Origin: Thraustochytrium aureum
Lineage: Eukaryota
DNA length: 64,000 nt
NCBI GenBank assembly: GCA_012862495.1
Contig: BLSG01000078.1
Span: forward strand, 39,063-103,062
Direction: 5' to 3'
Shown here piece by piece: positions 35,701 to 47,273 of the stretch (position 1 is the first letter of the stretch; every line of letters begins with the position of its first letter). The translations under genes were made by a program, and so were the position numbers. The notes below the pieces were generated by a model that was not told where the DNA came from, did no database searches, and was given only the letters and a program-made list of their open reading frames with translations.

Positions 35701-36898
35701 GATGTTTCTCGGCGTTGCCGAAGTGCTGGAAACCGACGATGAGAACACAAAGCGCCGCAAGCGGCAGGGATGGAAGGGGTCGCCCTGGGGCAAGATCGCC
35801 GTCTCTGCAGGAGTTGCGCTGCCCTTCGGGGAGCTGCTCCCTGGCCGCGTCACGATGGGCCAGCAATCGGCCGAAGCTCTGGACGAGACGCCATTCCTTC
35901 TGGTCGACAAGGACTGGTCTGAGCTCATCGGCCCGGGCGACTTTATTCGTGTCGACGCGCAGGCGTTTCGCGTCTTGCGCGTTGGCCAAGGCATGACGTA
36001 CGAGCAAGAGCGCGCTGGATTGAAGAACGAGATGGGCGAAATCCGAGAGCTCGAGATCGACAGGGCCGAGGAGGCCAAAAAGGCAAGGTTTATCAGGAAA
36101 AAGGCACAAGAGGCCGCTGCGAAGAAAGCAAGTCTCGAGTCTGCGAGCACCGAGACCCCACCAGCTGGCGGCCTAACGACGGGCTCGCAATCAATCTCCA
36201 GCCAGGAGACCGACCTCGCCGCCGCGCCAAAGGCCAGTAAGGCCAAGAAGCGCCGAAAGAACAAGCCTGGGAGCGAGCCAGAGTCGCAGAAGATCGAGAT
36301 TGACCGCTGGTACTTTGGAGTGCCACCCGACCAGGGCAAGGGCGAAGCGTTTGCCTTGGGGGACCTCAACCCTGCGCAAGTCGCCAGCGTCATGGCGCGA
36401 CGTAAGGTGGAGGAGAACTCGGCCGTTGTCCGTGACAAGGCTGCTCAAGCGCGCGGAAAAGTAGCTCAGCTAAAGCTGCAAGACCGGGCCAAAGACATAG
36501 CTGAACGGGCTAAGGGCATTGCACGAGAGAAGGCGGAGGATCACAACCTCGGGAACAAGTTCAGCGGTGCTCTGTTGCGCCTGCGAGCTGTCGCCAAGGG
36601 GAAAAACCCGAACGATGCTCTTCGGGCGGCTGCCCGCGACGCTGACGACTCGGATGACGATGATGATCCCTTACCAGCTCCGGCAGCTGTCGCGGCGGTC
36701 GGCGCTGGTCTCTCCAGCAATGCCACTGGCATATCGACAGTCACCCCCGACAAAGACCCCGTCTCGGTCGTCTTCGACGGCGAATCTCTCGGAAATGGCG
36801 AGCAAGCCCAGTGGCAGCAATACTATGACGCAGACAACGCCGCCAACTATTGGTACAATGCAGAATCTGGGGAGACCTCATGGTACCCGCCAAGCTGA
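32759..36898 (+). CDS. Large multi-IQ, WW and B-box zinc-finger protein; 5' end in gap; frameshifts near 32850 and 33640
   Basis: There are many IQ motifs (IQRAFRG, IQAWWRA, IQSVFRG, IQAVWRG, LQALWRG) and two WW domains (YYFNTISEQSTWSKP; YWYNAESGETSWYPP). Three B-box-like clusters follow the pattern CxxC...CxxC...FCxxC...H. Confidence 0.9.
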
Positions 36899-37316
36899 TG
36901 GCTCACTGTTGGTCGCCCGCTTGCGTCTGGAATGATATGTGAAGAGTCGCGTGCCGGTCTCGAGGCAAGCTTTGTAGTGCTGTCCAAGACCTTCAACCTC
37001 TGGAGAATCGGTATAGGGCGGGCGCACCATGGCGCTCCACTCCTCTAATGACCATGCGGGACTGCTAAAGGGCGCCGGGAAGTCGGCAGCGCGTTCGCGC
37101 CGGCACAAGTTGACGCAAACACGCCTGACCAAGAAAGGCCACTATCCGTCAGCCGCTGCGCGATCTTTACACTTTTGGTTGTCAGTCTGGGGGCTCTTCA
37201 GCGCGCGGCCTCCGTCGCGTGCAGCGATGTCCCGTCACTGGCTGCATACGAAGGCAGCCGAACGCTTAGACTTTCAATTCTAAAGTTAATTGATACCAGT
37301 AGCAGCATGGAGCATA

Positions 37317-37362
37317 CCGCTTTTAGCGTCGCGCAGAGCAACAACCCAACCAACTGGAGTAC
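37317..37362. repeat. Dispersed ~45-bp element, copy A
   Basis: ccgcttttagcgtcgcgcagagcaacaacccaaccaactggagtac is near-identical to the copies at 37463 and 59490. Confidence 0.85.
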
Positions 37363-37462
37363 GTGGCGCAGCGAGACGTCCCTGTTGGCGCTGCCTGGCC
37401 TAGGTTGGGCAGCGTTGTTTCTTTAACCTTTTTCTTTCGCTTTGCTTTTGAGGTCGCCTCTC

Positions 37463-37501
37463 CCGTCTTTTAGCGTCGCGTAGAGTAACAACCCAACCAA
37501 T
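37463..37501. repeat. Dispersed ~45-bp element, copy B
   Basis: ccgtcttttagcgtcgcgtagagtaacaacccaaccaat. Confidence 0.85.
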
Positions 37502-39230
37502 TGAGAAAACAAGAGAGGCGTGATGCGGTTGGCAGCGCTCGACGATGCTGCCGCACATTGACGCGTCTGACCCTTCGTTCGCCAGGAACTAACTGCACTG
37601 GTTCACTCAAGTATCCACCCCTGCTGGTATGTTCGCCTTTGAGCCAACAACGATTGCAATCAACTTGATTGGGCTGAGGCTGACTTGAGGCTGGGCTCGC
37701 GGAGCCTGATGAACAGTCCGATCTCGATTTATCCGGACAAGACGTAGGCCTATCGAAATCGAGACTGGGAGGGGCGAGTTGACCGGTAGAACAAGCGCAC
37801 AAGAAGGCGCCTCTCCGCTCCAGCTCCAGCTTGCGGCAGGGGCTAGCGCAATTGAGAGGGGGGCGTGCAGACCCTTCTGGTGCATACGCCTTGGTCGCTC
37901 TTCTCGTCTGCAGCTGAATCTCTCTAGAGAGCAGGTTCCTCGTCGAGCACTTGCTGCTATTCAACTGCGCAGATTCCCAACAGCCTCAGCACATCCATTC
38001 CCTCCATCCCCCCGAAGGTGCTGTGACCTGCCCGCTTGAGAGCGGTACCAAACAGGTGGACCAGGTCTTTCGCAAATTTCAAACGGCCAGTCGACTCCGC
38101 AAAGTACGGCTTCAAGGCGAGGAAAGTCCTCATTTTTCGCTCGCAAGGCAGGGATTGTTTGTTTATCCCAAGGAGGTTATCCTGCGCGAAAAGCTAACCC
38201 CCATCCTGAGAACGCCCAGCGTGTCGTTCCACCAATCTCATGATTCTGCCATCTGAGCAGATTTTGCTGCCTCCAGAGTAGGCCACTCAACAAATTTACA
38301 AACTGAAGATAGAGCACTGACTACCGTACTCAGTACGAGTACTCCCGAGTTATTGCACTCTTACCAGGCCTTGCTCTAACCGACATCAGAAGTCCGTGAC
38401 CCCTTTGGACCGTTGCCTTGTATCTCGGTACAAGAATCCTGCAGATAGCAGAATAGCGTTGAGATTGAGTGATCTTGACTGCCCACTCTGCACTCTGATG
38501 AATAATGGAAGGAAGAAACGTCAACGTGCATTGCAAAGGGGCACTGGGACACATTTGGGACTCGGTCCTGTGTCCCTGTTGACTTGGTTGGACTTGGTTG
38601 GAGCCTCCTTGGTTGGACGTGCTGGGCCCGCTTGCCTCCCGCTCTGGAGCTGGCCCTAGCTAGAGAGTAGAGAGCGGAGAATGCAAGTCTTCGGGAGTTT
38701 GTAGCGATGTCTCGCAGCCGACGCAGAACAATGGCCGCCTTCAAGCTGCAGAAAGTCCAGCCGTTAGAAGGTCTTCCGTTTTGTCCAGGCGACCGCGGCT
38801 GCAAGCAAGTGAGCTAAGCAGACAGCCCTCGCAAGCAAACACCCAACTCGCGNNNNNNNNNNNNNNNNNNNNNNNNNNNNNNNNNNNNNNNNNNNNNNNN
38901 NNNNNNNNNNNNNNNNNNNNNNNNNNNNNNNNNNNNNNNNNNNNNNNNNNNNNNNNNNNNNNNNNNNNNNNNNNNNNNNNNNNNNNNNNNNNNNNNNNNN
39001 NNNNNNNNNNNNNNNNNNNNNNNNNNNNNNNNNNNNNNNNNNNNNNNNNNNNNNNNNNNNNNNNNNNNNNNNNNNNNNNNNNNNNNNNNNNNNNNNNNNN
39101 NNNNNNNNNCACCACGTCTCCCTCCCCGCGCAGAGCTCCCGCGGTGCGGACGGCTGAGCTTGGGGCGGTTTTGCCAACGGCGGCTGTCCAGAGCACGTGC
39201 GGTCGCTTCGGCGGGCTTGCTTCGCGGAAC

Positions 39231-40751
39231 ATGTCAGGTTTGGGCTTGCTGCCGAGGCGGCTCGAAAGAAACGGCGGCGGTCGCCGTTGGATCTCGGATG
39301 CCTTGACCCCGTACCTACCAAGGAGAGGGCTTTACATCCTACTCGTCGCCTTTGCCTTGGTAGTGGTTACGTTTATCTCTGCATGGCCGTGCAGCATGTA
39401 TGAATGGGGCGACGTTCGCGTTACGGTCGCACTATCCAAGACCTCCGCACCGCGTAAGGGTCAAGGGACGAGGAGCTTCTCGACCTCTGACGCAGGTGAG
39501 GCGTCAGAGCCACCCTCAAACACAAAGATGGGACTCATCGAAGCCGCACATGTCGCAACCGACGACGACGTGGCCGTCGACCCGCCGCAGTTTGAAAGTC
39601 GCCCAGGGCGCGGCTTGGACATGAAGCGTCTCAACCAGTGCCTCGAAAAACATGTGCGCTGGTACCTCCTGGGCGACAATAGCGTCGATGAAAAGTTCCC
39701 GCAGGTCCCGCTTATGTTAGATGAGTGGAACAACTACGGCCGTCTTTTCAAGGGCGGAACTTTCGGGAACGGCACAACGTGGGCTGTTTCCAAGAGCAAA
39801 CGGTTGGCGTACATGATCATCCCGAAGGTCGGCTCCATGACATTCCGCACGCAGCTCGCCATGTGCAACCCCAAGCAGGGAGTCCCTTGCGACGTTTTCA
39901 ACACGCGAAGGCAGCCATTTCGCCCAGAAGATGCCAGCATGTCATATAGTCGCGACCGTGGCTTTTACAGGACTTCAATCCACAAAGTTCCGCGTGTCCC
40001 TGGGGGCACGTTGCGCTGGTCGATGAAGCACAAGGAGTTGTTCAAATTCGCGATTCGCCGTTCAGTCCCCTTCACGTTTGTCACCGACCCTATCTCCAAG
40101 TTCATAGGGGGGTTTATCCAGGTTTTCAAGTACAATGGCCCACAATCACCAGCGACGGACGACGCATATCGAACAGCTTTCCTCAACTACAGCGCTGCTT
40201 ACCTCTCTATGCGAGACAGGGAAAGGAACGCCGACCCGCACTTTGCGCCGCAGCTTTACTACATGTACACGGCGGCAATCGAGCGCACTGCACTGGCACG
40301 AGAAGTCGATACGAGCGTTGAGTTTGTTGCCCCGTTTGCCTTTGTTGGTCGTCTGGACAAGAACAATTCGCAGCAAGACTGGGAGAGTCTCACGGACATC
40401 CTCGAAAAGAAAGACCCTGCCGCGGCACGTCTTGTGAACCGCACGCTACTGTCAACAAACGGCGCACGGTCTTTTACGCCCGCTGAGAAGAGGCGGTTCA
40501 GTGCGCTCTCGAAGGACAAACACATGCGCACCTTGGCCCGCCAGGTGCAGTGGATGGAGCAGCACTTTTTGGCAAAACATGCTCTTGGGGACCTCGCGAA
40601 GTCGGCGACCTGGCCCAAACGCCTCGCTCAGCAGTTTTGCGCTGCTTTTTTCGTTGAATATTCGTGCTTTGGCTTGGAGCTGCCAACACAGTGCAAGGAC
40701 GAGTCGGGCAACGTAGACCTTGGAGGCTTTGAGCCGCGCGTGCGCAGCTGA
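39231..40751 (+). CDS. Type II membrane carbohydrate sulfotransferase-like protein (Sulfotransfer_2 / CHST8-14-like), paralog 1
   Basis: It has an N-terminal TM segment LYILLVAFALVVVTFISAW and a 5'-PSB motif LAYMIIPKVGSMTFR. A 3'-PB-like motif FTFVTDPISKFIGG, DPHFAPQ and FVGRLD follow. Confidence 0.8.
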   Translation: MSGLGLLPRRLERNGGGRRWISDALTPYLPRRGLYILLVAFALVVVTFISAWPCSMYEWGDVRVTVALSKTSAPRKGQGTRSFSTSDAGEASEPPSNTKMGLIEAAHVATDDDVAVDPPQFESRPGRGLDMKRLNQCLEKHVRWYLLGDNSVDEKFPQVPLMLDEWNNYGRLFKGGTFGNGTTWAVSKSKRLAYMIIPKVGSMTFRTQLAMCNPKQGVPCDVFNTRRQPFRPEDASMSYSRDRGFYRTSIHKVPRVPGGTLRWSMKHKELFKFAIRRSVPFTFVTDPISKFIGGFIQVFKYNGPQSPATDDAYRTAFLNYSAAYLSMRDRERNADPHFAPQLYYMYTAAIERTALAREVDTSVEFVAPFAFVGRLDKNNSQQDWESLTDILEKKDPAAARLVNRTLLSTNGARSFTPAEKRRFSALSKDKHMRTLARQVQWMEQHFLAKHALGDLAKSATWPKRLAQQFCAAFFVEYSCFGLELPTQCKDESGNVDLGGFEPRVRS

Positions 40752-41784
40752 GTCGCTCCTCGCTCTCCGTGGCAATGGCATCCCAGAGAGCGAAGAGATA
40801 CCTACTACAGATGCAGAACCGTTCTTTTTTGTTGTTCCTGAACTAGCNNNNNNNNNNNNNNNNNNNNNNNNNNNNNNNNNNNNNNNNNNNNNNNNNNNNN
40901 NNNNNNNNNNNNNNNNNNNNNNNNNNNNNNNNNNNNNNNNNNNNNNNNNNNNNNNNNNNNNNNNNNNNNNNNNNNNNNNNNNNNNNNNNNNNNNNNNNNN
41001 NNNNNNNNNNNNNNNNNTCCCACGGGCTGCTGAGCGCTACCGGTCGTGCTACGGAGTAGCTCTAGCTCTAGCTAGAGAGAGTGTTGTGAGCACTTCTGGA
41101 CGTCGATTTCGCCTTTCCGTGCGCCTCTTTCGTCTTGAGAAATTACGTCGCAGAAATCCAACGCCTCGCCCTGTCCGGGGAAAACTTTAGTTACTTGCCG
41201 TCGCCTGACGCAGGACCTGCTTGACTAGTTCGGCTCGCTGCATTTAAGCCCTCGCGCCCGCGGCAGCAACTCAACCGTGCGCAACTTCCTTGGCAAGCTG
41301 GCGCCTCTCTGTCGCAGCGTGGAGCTGTACCGTCAAGTTGAACGAGGCGATTTGCGGTCCGAGTCGAGCTCGCGTTGCACTGACGTTTCCATGTCTGGGT
41401 CCGTTGTGCAGTCTCTTGCCAGTGGGCAGTCTCATGCATCATTCGCCTTTGCAGACGCAGTTCGGGTCTTTCTCGCCGTCGCGGTCAGCCAGAATTCTGC
41501 CGAGCATTTCGCCGACAACATGATAATGCGCAACTCCAGTCCTCCTCGGCCGGCATTCATGAGTCACGCAAGAACACAAAGTCGCGTTGCCAACGGGCGG
41601 AGGTTGCGCCAGGGGGAGCGGCGCGGCCTGTGGTCGAATAAATCAACAACGCCATTCCAGAGCTCCCGCCGCAACAGGATGGCCTTTGCGCGCGCTGACC
41701 TCTCGGCGTGCTTTCCCGCGAGCGTCGCACGCTCCTTCCTGGTCTTCTTGCACGCGCTAAAATTTCGTTCCTTTCGAAAACCGC

Positions 41785-41837
41785 GGTGTCGAGTTGGTGT
41801 CGAGTTGGTGTCGAGTTGGTGTCGAGTTGGTGTCGAG
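41785..41837. repeat. 11-bp tandem repeat (GGTGTCGAGTT) x ~5
   Basis: Seen directly between the two sulfotransferase paralogs. Confidence 0.9.
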
Positions 41838-42273
41838 CATCGTATCTATCTCGTATCCATCGTCGTATCTCATCCATCGTGTTTGCCTCCTACCCTGATG
41901 ATCATGATGAGACAACACGCGGCACAGTCCGACTTGATTGGGAGCACACTCTGCGAATCTGCTGCTGTGAGTGAACAGAGATCGGTCGACTCGAGCGAGC
42001 AAGTGCTCCTTAAACGCAATTGTGACGCTCCAACATCGGCCGTTTTTAAGGTGAGGAGCCGAGCGCGAACTGCATTACACATGGCATGTGGCTGCTGGCA
42101 CTGACCGATGGCAGTGCAACAAGCACGGCAAGCAAATCTGCGAGAGCGCATTGTGCGAGCGAGCGCGGCAACGATCAAGGCGACGGCCGGGACCGAGGCG
42201 AGACGGCCCGCTGCGCTGGCGAAAACGTGATCGTCCGCGCGAGAATCTTCGAGGGGAGGGCTTGCCAAGGCTG

Positions 42274-43752
42274 ATGGGAGGTCCTGTCGACGTCAGCGAA
42301 GAGTGCAAGTGGGGGCGGCTCGCGAAGCACAAGGTTTCCGCACGCAGCACCGCGCTGAAGAAGGCGCTGACGTTTCTGGTGGTCTGCGCTGTGGGCGTGC
42401 TCGGGACGCGCTCTGCGCGGCAACACAGTGGATATAGATGGAACGAAGTTGCACTTGAGAAGGCGTCAGAGCCCAACCTGTGGCGGGGGAGTGCGAATGG
42501 CGCCGCTATCGAGCTGAAGCCAGGCTCAAACGCCTCGGCGGCGAACGTATCATACGCGCCAGTCGCGTCCGCCAACTCGTGGTCTCAAGGCCCAGGCCTC
42601 GGTTTAGACATGATGCGACTCAACCAATGCCTCGAAAAGCACGTGCGCTGGTACCTCCTGGGCGAGAAGGGGGTCGACCAGACGTTTCCGCAGGTTCCGC
42701 TAATGTCAGATGAGTGGAACAACTACGGCCGTTTGTTCAGTGGTGGTAACTTCGGGAACGGGACAACGTGGGCCGTTTCCGAGAGCAAGCGCTTGGCGTA
42801 CCTGATCCTCCCTAAAGTCGGATCGATGACCTTTCGAACTGAGCTTGCCGTGTGCGACCCGGAGAATGGCGTCCCTTGCGACGTTCTCAACACGAAGAAA
42901 CGCCCGTTTTGTGCAGAAGACGCCGGCATGTCGTTCAAACCCGGCGGTGGGTTCTTCAAGTCGTCAGTTTTGCGCGTCCCCGTCACGCCGGGAGGGGAGC
43001 TGAAATGGTCCATGTCGAGAAAGGCTTTATTTGCTGCCGCGATTGAGCGTTCGGTGCCCTTTACGTTTGTCACCGACCCTATCTCCAAGTTTATCGGGGG
43101 CTATACACAGGTATTCAAGTACAAGGGCCCTTCCACTCCTGCGGCAGACGCCAAGTACAGGCAGGGCTTCATCAGGTACTGCAGTGCGTTCCTGTCCGCG
43201 CGGAACCAGCAAAGGAACAACGACCCACACTTTGCGCCACAGCTGTACTACATGTACACAGCGGCGATTGAGCGCACCTCACTCGTCAGAGAGCGCGATC
43301 CCGACGTCACGTTTGTCGCCCCTTTCGCATTCGTTGGCCGCCTGGACCGCGAGAACGCGCAGCAAGACTGGGAGAGCGTCGTGGACATCCTCGCGGAAAA
43401 AGACGCCGCCGCCGCGCGACTTGTGAATCGCACGCTTATCGCATCAAACGGAGCCCGGGAGTTCACTCTCAAGGAGAAGAAAGAGCTTGCAGAGCTTGCG
43501 AAGCGCACGGGCTTGCGTACCTTGGTCCGCGAGGTGGAGTGGATGCAGCAGCACTTTCGGGCAAAGCGGGCACTAGGTAGCCTCGCAAAGCCGGCGACAT
43601 GGCCCAAGCGCCTCACGCAGCGCTTCTGCGCTGCGTTCTTCGTCGAGTATTCGTGCTTTGGGCTGGAGCTGCCGAAGCACTGCAGGGACGAGGCAGGCAA
43701 CTATGATTTTGGCGGGGTCCGACCGCGGGTGCGGAGTGTAGCTGAAGAGTAG
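42274..43752 (+). CDS. Type II membrane carbohydrate sulfotransferase-like protein, paralog 2 (start could be 42088)
   Basis: It has a TM segment ALTFLVVCAVGVLG. From GLDMMRLNQCLEKHVRWYLLG onward it is colinear with and highly similar to paralog 1, with the same motifs. Confidence 0.8.
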   Translation: MGGPVDVSEECKWGRLAKHKVSARSTALKKALTFLVVCAVGVLGTRSARQHSGYRWNEVALEKASEPNLWRGSANGAAIELKPGSNASAANVSYAPVASANSWSQGPGLGLDMMRLNQCLEKHVRWYLLGEKGVDQTFPQVPLMSDEWNNYGRLFSGGNFGNGTTWAVSESKRLAYLILPKVGSMTFRTELAVCDPENGVPCDVLNTKKRPFCAEDAGMSFKPGGGFFKSSVLRVPVTPGGELKWSMSRKALFAAAIERSVPFTFVTDPISKFIGGYTQVFKYKGPSTPAADAKYRQGFIRYCSAFLSARNQQRNNDPHFAPQLYYMYTAAIERTSLVRERDPDVTFVAPFAFVGRLDRENAQQDWESVVDILAEKDAAAARLVNRTLIASNGAREFTLKEKKELAELAKRTGLRTLVREVEWMQQHFRAKRALGSLAKPATWPKRLTQRFCAAFFVEYSCFGLELPKHCRDEAGNYDFGGVRPRVRSVAEE

Positions 43753-44075
43753 GTTGGGGCGATGGAGTACGAACGTGCGGGACTGGGCCCTCGCAGGCAT
43801 GGCCTCGGAGGGCGGCCCCCTTCGTTACAAATAAAATGAATCGACAAGCAGGTACTAGATCAGCAGTTGCACGGCTAAACCTGGACCTCGTTGCGGAGCC
43901 CCAGCTCGTCTTGATGGCCAGCACAAGCTGCTACGCGAGCCGCGCTGAAATAGATTTTTTGAGTTCCATGTCACGCCGTCACTGTGGCAGGGCAGGCACA
44001 GGCCGCGAGCACTGACATACAGTGCAAGCGGGGCGATGCCAAGAATCGTTCTCGCCTGTGCTCTGATTTTTAAAA

Positions 44076-46598
44076 TTAAAGAAACGGGGGCAGCTCGGAA
44101 AGGCCTTCTGGGCGCGAGGCGAGAACCGCTTCCAGCCTCTGTTTGAAGGCTGCGCCAAACGCATCGTCATGCAAAGCGGCTTGNNNNNNNNNNNNNNNNN
44201 NNNNNNNNNNNNNNNNNNNNNNNNNNNNNNNNNNNNNNNNNNNNNNNNNNNNNNNNNNNNNNNNNNNNNNNNNNNNNNNNNNNNNNNNNNNNNNNNNNNN
44301 NNNNNNNNNNNNNNNNNNNNNNNNNNNNNNNNNNNNNNNNNNNNNNNNNNNNNNNNNNNNNNNNNNNNNNNNNNNNNNNNNNNNNNNNNNNNNNNNNNNN
44401 GCTTCGGCGTTTGGCTCGGCAGGGACGGGAGCAGGGTCGATCTGGCCGAACGCGCCAGTCTTGGGTTTCGGGTTGGTGGTTTCACTGGCAGCCCGGTCAG
44501 GGGCTGGGACCGCCGCAAACTGAAGAATTGCCGAAAGCGCGGGAAACAAACGCCAGTGGTCTAGGAATCCCGCCTCGGGCCGCAAAAGGAAAGCCGCGGC
44601 TGCCGGCGCTTCGAGTAGGCCAGACTGGACAAGGTGCTGGACCACCCAGAGGGCCCACTGAGGAGAGGTTTTCCAAAACGAAATGGAGCCCGAAAAAATG
44701 GCGTCTTGAGCCTCGTCCCTGTTCTTGGCCATGGCGTCCTCGAGCTCGGGGCGGACGCGCTCAAGAGCTCGAGCGGTATGCGTAAAGCTCGGCTTACCCG
44801 CAAGGAGTGCGCCGTGAAGAACGTACTCGAGACGGTCGGAAGGTCCGAGGGATCCAGCGCTGCGACTGACCCACTCGCGAAGCTCGTCCGCGTCAGGCCT
44901 CGACTTGAGCAAGTCGACTAGCGCTGCGACGTCGCGGTCCGTCGGCGGCGCTTGTGGGCCCAGAAACCTGGTCGTCTCGACGCGCGGAGGCGGCAGCAAG
45001 CTTTCGCGAATGGCGTGACTGAGCTCTCCGTAAAGGGCGTCGCCAAGCCGAAGGCCCACGGAGCGCTCTAAAAGCTGCTTGAGGAAAGCGCGTCGCGCCC
45101 GATTTCCGCCAGACCCGTCGCCACTACCCGTCGGTTCGGCTGGTGCGGCAGCGATTTGGTCCCACTTTGACCACGGCCGCGCCGCTCGGCATGCGAAGAG
45201 GTACAACGCGAGCCAGGCTGCCAGCGCGTCTTGGACCGGGGCCCGGAGCCACGGGACGCGCAGCATGATCGCGTCGCTGGCATCCTCCAAGACATCGAGA
45301 AAACGATTGGGCTGTCGTTCGGCAAGGTCGACGAGGACTCTTTCGGCGAACAGGCGGTACTCGGGCGTGCTTGCCGCGACGTCGAGCACGCACTCAACGA
45401 CGAGGTGGTCTTGCGCATGAGGCACGGCAAATTCAAGAAGGGCTTCGCCGGCTTCTCGCGCAAACGGAGAGTACGCTTGCAGGATTTCGTGCGTGAACTG
45501 GCGCAAAACCCACCGTTCGCTCGGCTGCACGTCCTTGGTAAATTCATACGCAGACTCCAGCCCACTCTTTTCACTGGCTTGCTGGGCCGGCAAGACCCGG
45601 TTGCCGGCCTTGAGCTTGCCCATGTGCTCTGTGGCCATCTCGCCAGCTGGCACGAAGAGCTCCAAGGCACGTCAGGTGGGCCAGCAGGGTGGTCTGAGCT
45701 GGAGATCTTGACGCGGCCCTCGTCAAGCTTTGGCCCATCAGAAACGCCGGCTGCCTCGCCCGAGCTCTCGTCTTGTGCTTGGGGACGGCCTTTTGAGAAC
45801 ATGGCCGAAACTGCCTCGATCTTGTACGGCTGCGTAATCAACCGTGCCCATGCTTTGACCTCGCCGTCGAGTCGCTCGCCAGGGAGCGCGGTGCGCACGA
45901 TCTGCCACTCGCCCTGAAGCGCGGTGCTGCACTTGGGCAGGGCTGCCTGGACAACGTCGAGCAGCGCGGCGGTCTCACGGCCATCGCGAGCAACCGCGAG
46001 CCACGGCAGGGCGCGGACCACGACTGCGACGTGGCCGGCGAGAGCAAGCCGCTCAAGGAGTGCGACCACGTCAGCGGCCTCAACCACCTGGCAGTTGGCC
46101 ATCTCGCACACGAAGCGCAGTGTGACCGTGGCTTGCTCGGGAAAGTCGCCCTTGCTGTCAAGAGCAGCGCTGAGCTTGCCCCACACGGCGTCAGCTATCT
46201 CGCGCTGGGAGCGCATGGGGAGGAAGCGCCAAGAGCGCGGCGTACACTGGCGCCTTCCAGCCAAAGCTGCACGCGCACTGCACCAGCGACGAGCACACCA
46301 CGCGGCCGAATTCCTCGTCGCGAACATCGACATCGAGCACTTTGCGGAGACCCAACAGCTGCATTTGCAGTTTGTCCGTCGCGCCGTCTCGCACGGCGCC
46401 CTGCCCCACGCTCACCATCAGTTTCTTAATCCGCGTCGCCCTATCGTCGTGATGCGCGCCGCCACCTTGCGCGCCGGCCGTCTTCCTGCGTCGCTTTCCG
46501 CCGCGCCGCCGGTCCGTGCCGCCGCCATCACGCGCATCGGCCTCCCTAGGCGTCGCCAGCGCCCCGTCCAGCTTGCGCTTCGCAGCCGCGCCGTCCAT
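44076..46598 (-). CDS. NCBP1: Nuclear cap-binding protein subunit 1 (CBP80), MIF4G repeats; frameshifts near 46210 and 45665; gap 44184-44400
   Basis: An N-terminal basic NLS (RRRGGKRRRK) is followed by KAPVYAALL, LRFVCEMANCQVV, YRLFAERVLVDL, AGKPSFTHTARALER and FWKTSPQWALWVVQHL. These resemble CBP80 segments in the expected order. Confidence 0.8.
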
Positions 46599-47273
46599 CG
46601 CCGCTCTCCACCGCTCCTCGCGCCGACCGCCACTGCCGCAGCCGCCTCTCCCTCTGCAGCAGCTGCGCCCCNNNNNNNNNNNNNNNNNNNNNNNNNNNNN
46701 NNNNNNNNNNNNNNNNNNNNNNNNNNNNNNNNNNNNNNNNNNNNNNNNNNNNNNNNNNNNNNNNNNNNNNNNNNNNNNNNNNNNNNNNNNNNNNNNNNNN
46801 NNNNNNNNNNNNNNNNNNNNNNNNNNNNNNNNNNNNNNNNNNNNNNNNNNNNNNNNNNNNNNNNNNNNNNNNNNNNNNNNNNNNNNNNNNNNNNNNNNNN
46901 NNNNNNNNNNNNNNNNNNNNNNNNNNNNNNNNNNNNNNNNNNNNNNNNNNNNNNNNNNNNNNNNNNNNNNNNNNNNNNNNTCGCCGCCTTTCTTTCAAGA
47001 AACACGCGCACACCACCTGCAGAAAATGACTTGCAAGAAACCCGCGCTCACCACCTGTAGAAAACGCCGCCTTTCTTTCAAGACACAAACCCAAGTGCAG
47101 AAGGAAAGGCCGGCGGACCGCGCAGGCAGCAGGGCGCGGGCGAGCAGAGTTGAAAGGGCGCGGCGGGCGCGCGGAGGGAGGGAGGGAGGGAGGGAGGGAG
47201 CGAGCGAAGGGGGACAGGCAGGGCCTGCGGATAGGGGGAGTTGGCGGTCGCGGAACGGAGGTCGGCGGTGCGG

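Noticed and set aside
41785..41837. Short direct repeats (also 8678-8753 and 31080-31174) as CRISPR arrays
   Set aside because: The units are 11-12 bp, head-to-tail and without unique spacers. No cas genes are present and the context is eukaryotic.
11561..43752. A co-regulated polysaccharide gene cluster linking the GT4 synthase and the sulfotransferases
   Set aside because: They are more than 20 kb apart and separated by unrelated housekeeping genes. No epimerase, deacetylase or hydrolase partner is visible in this window.
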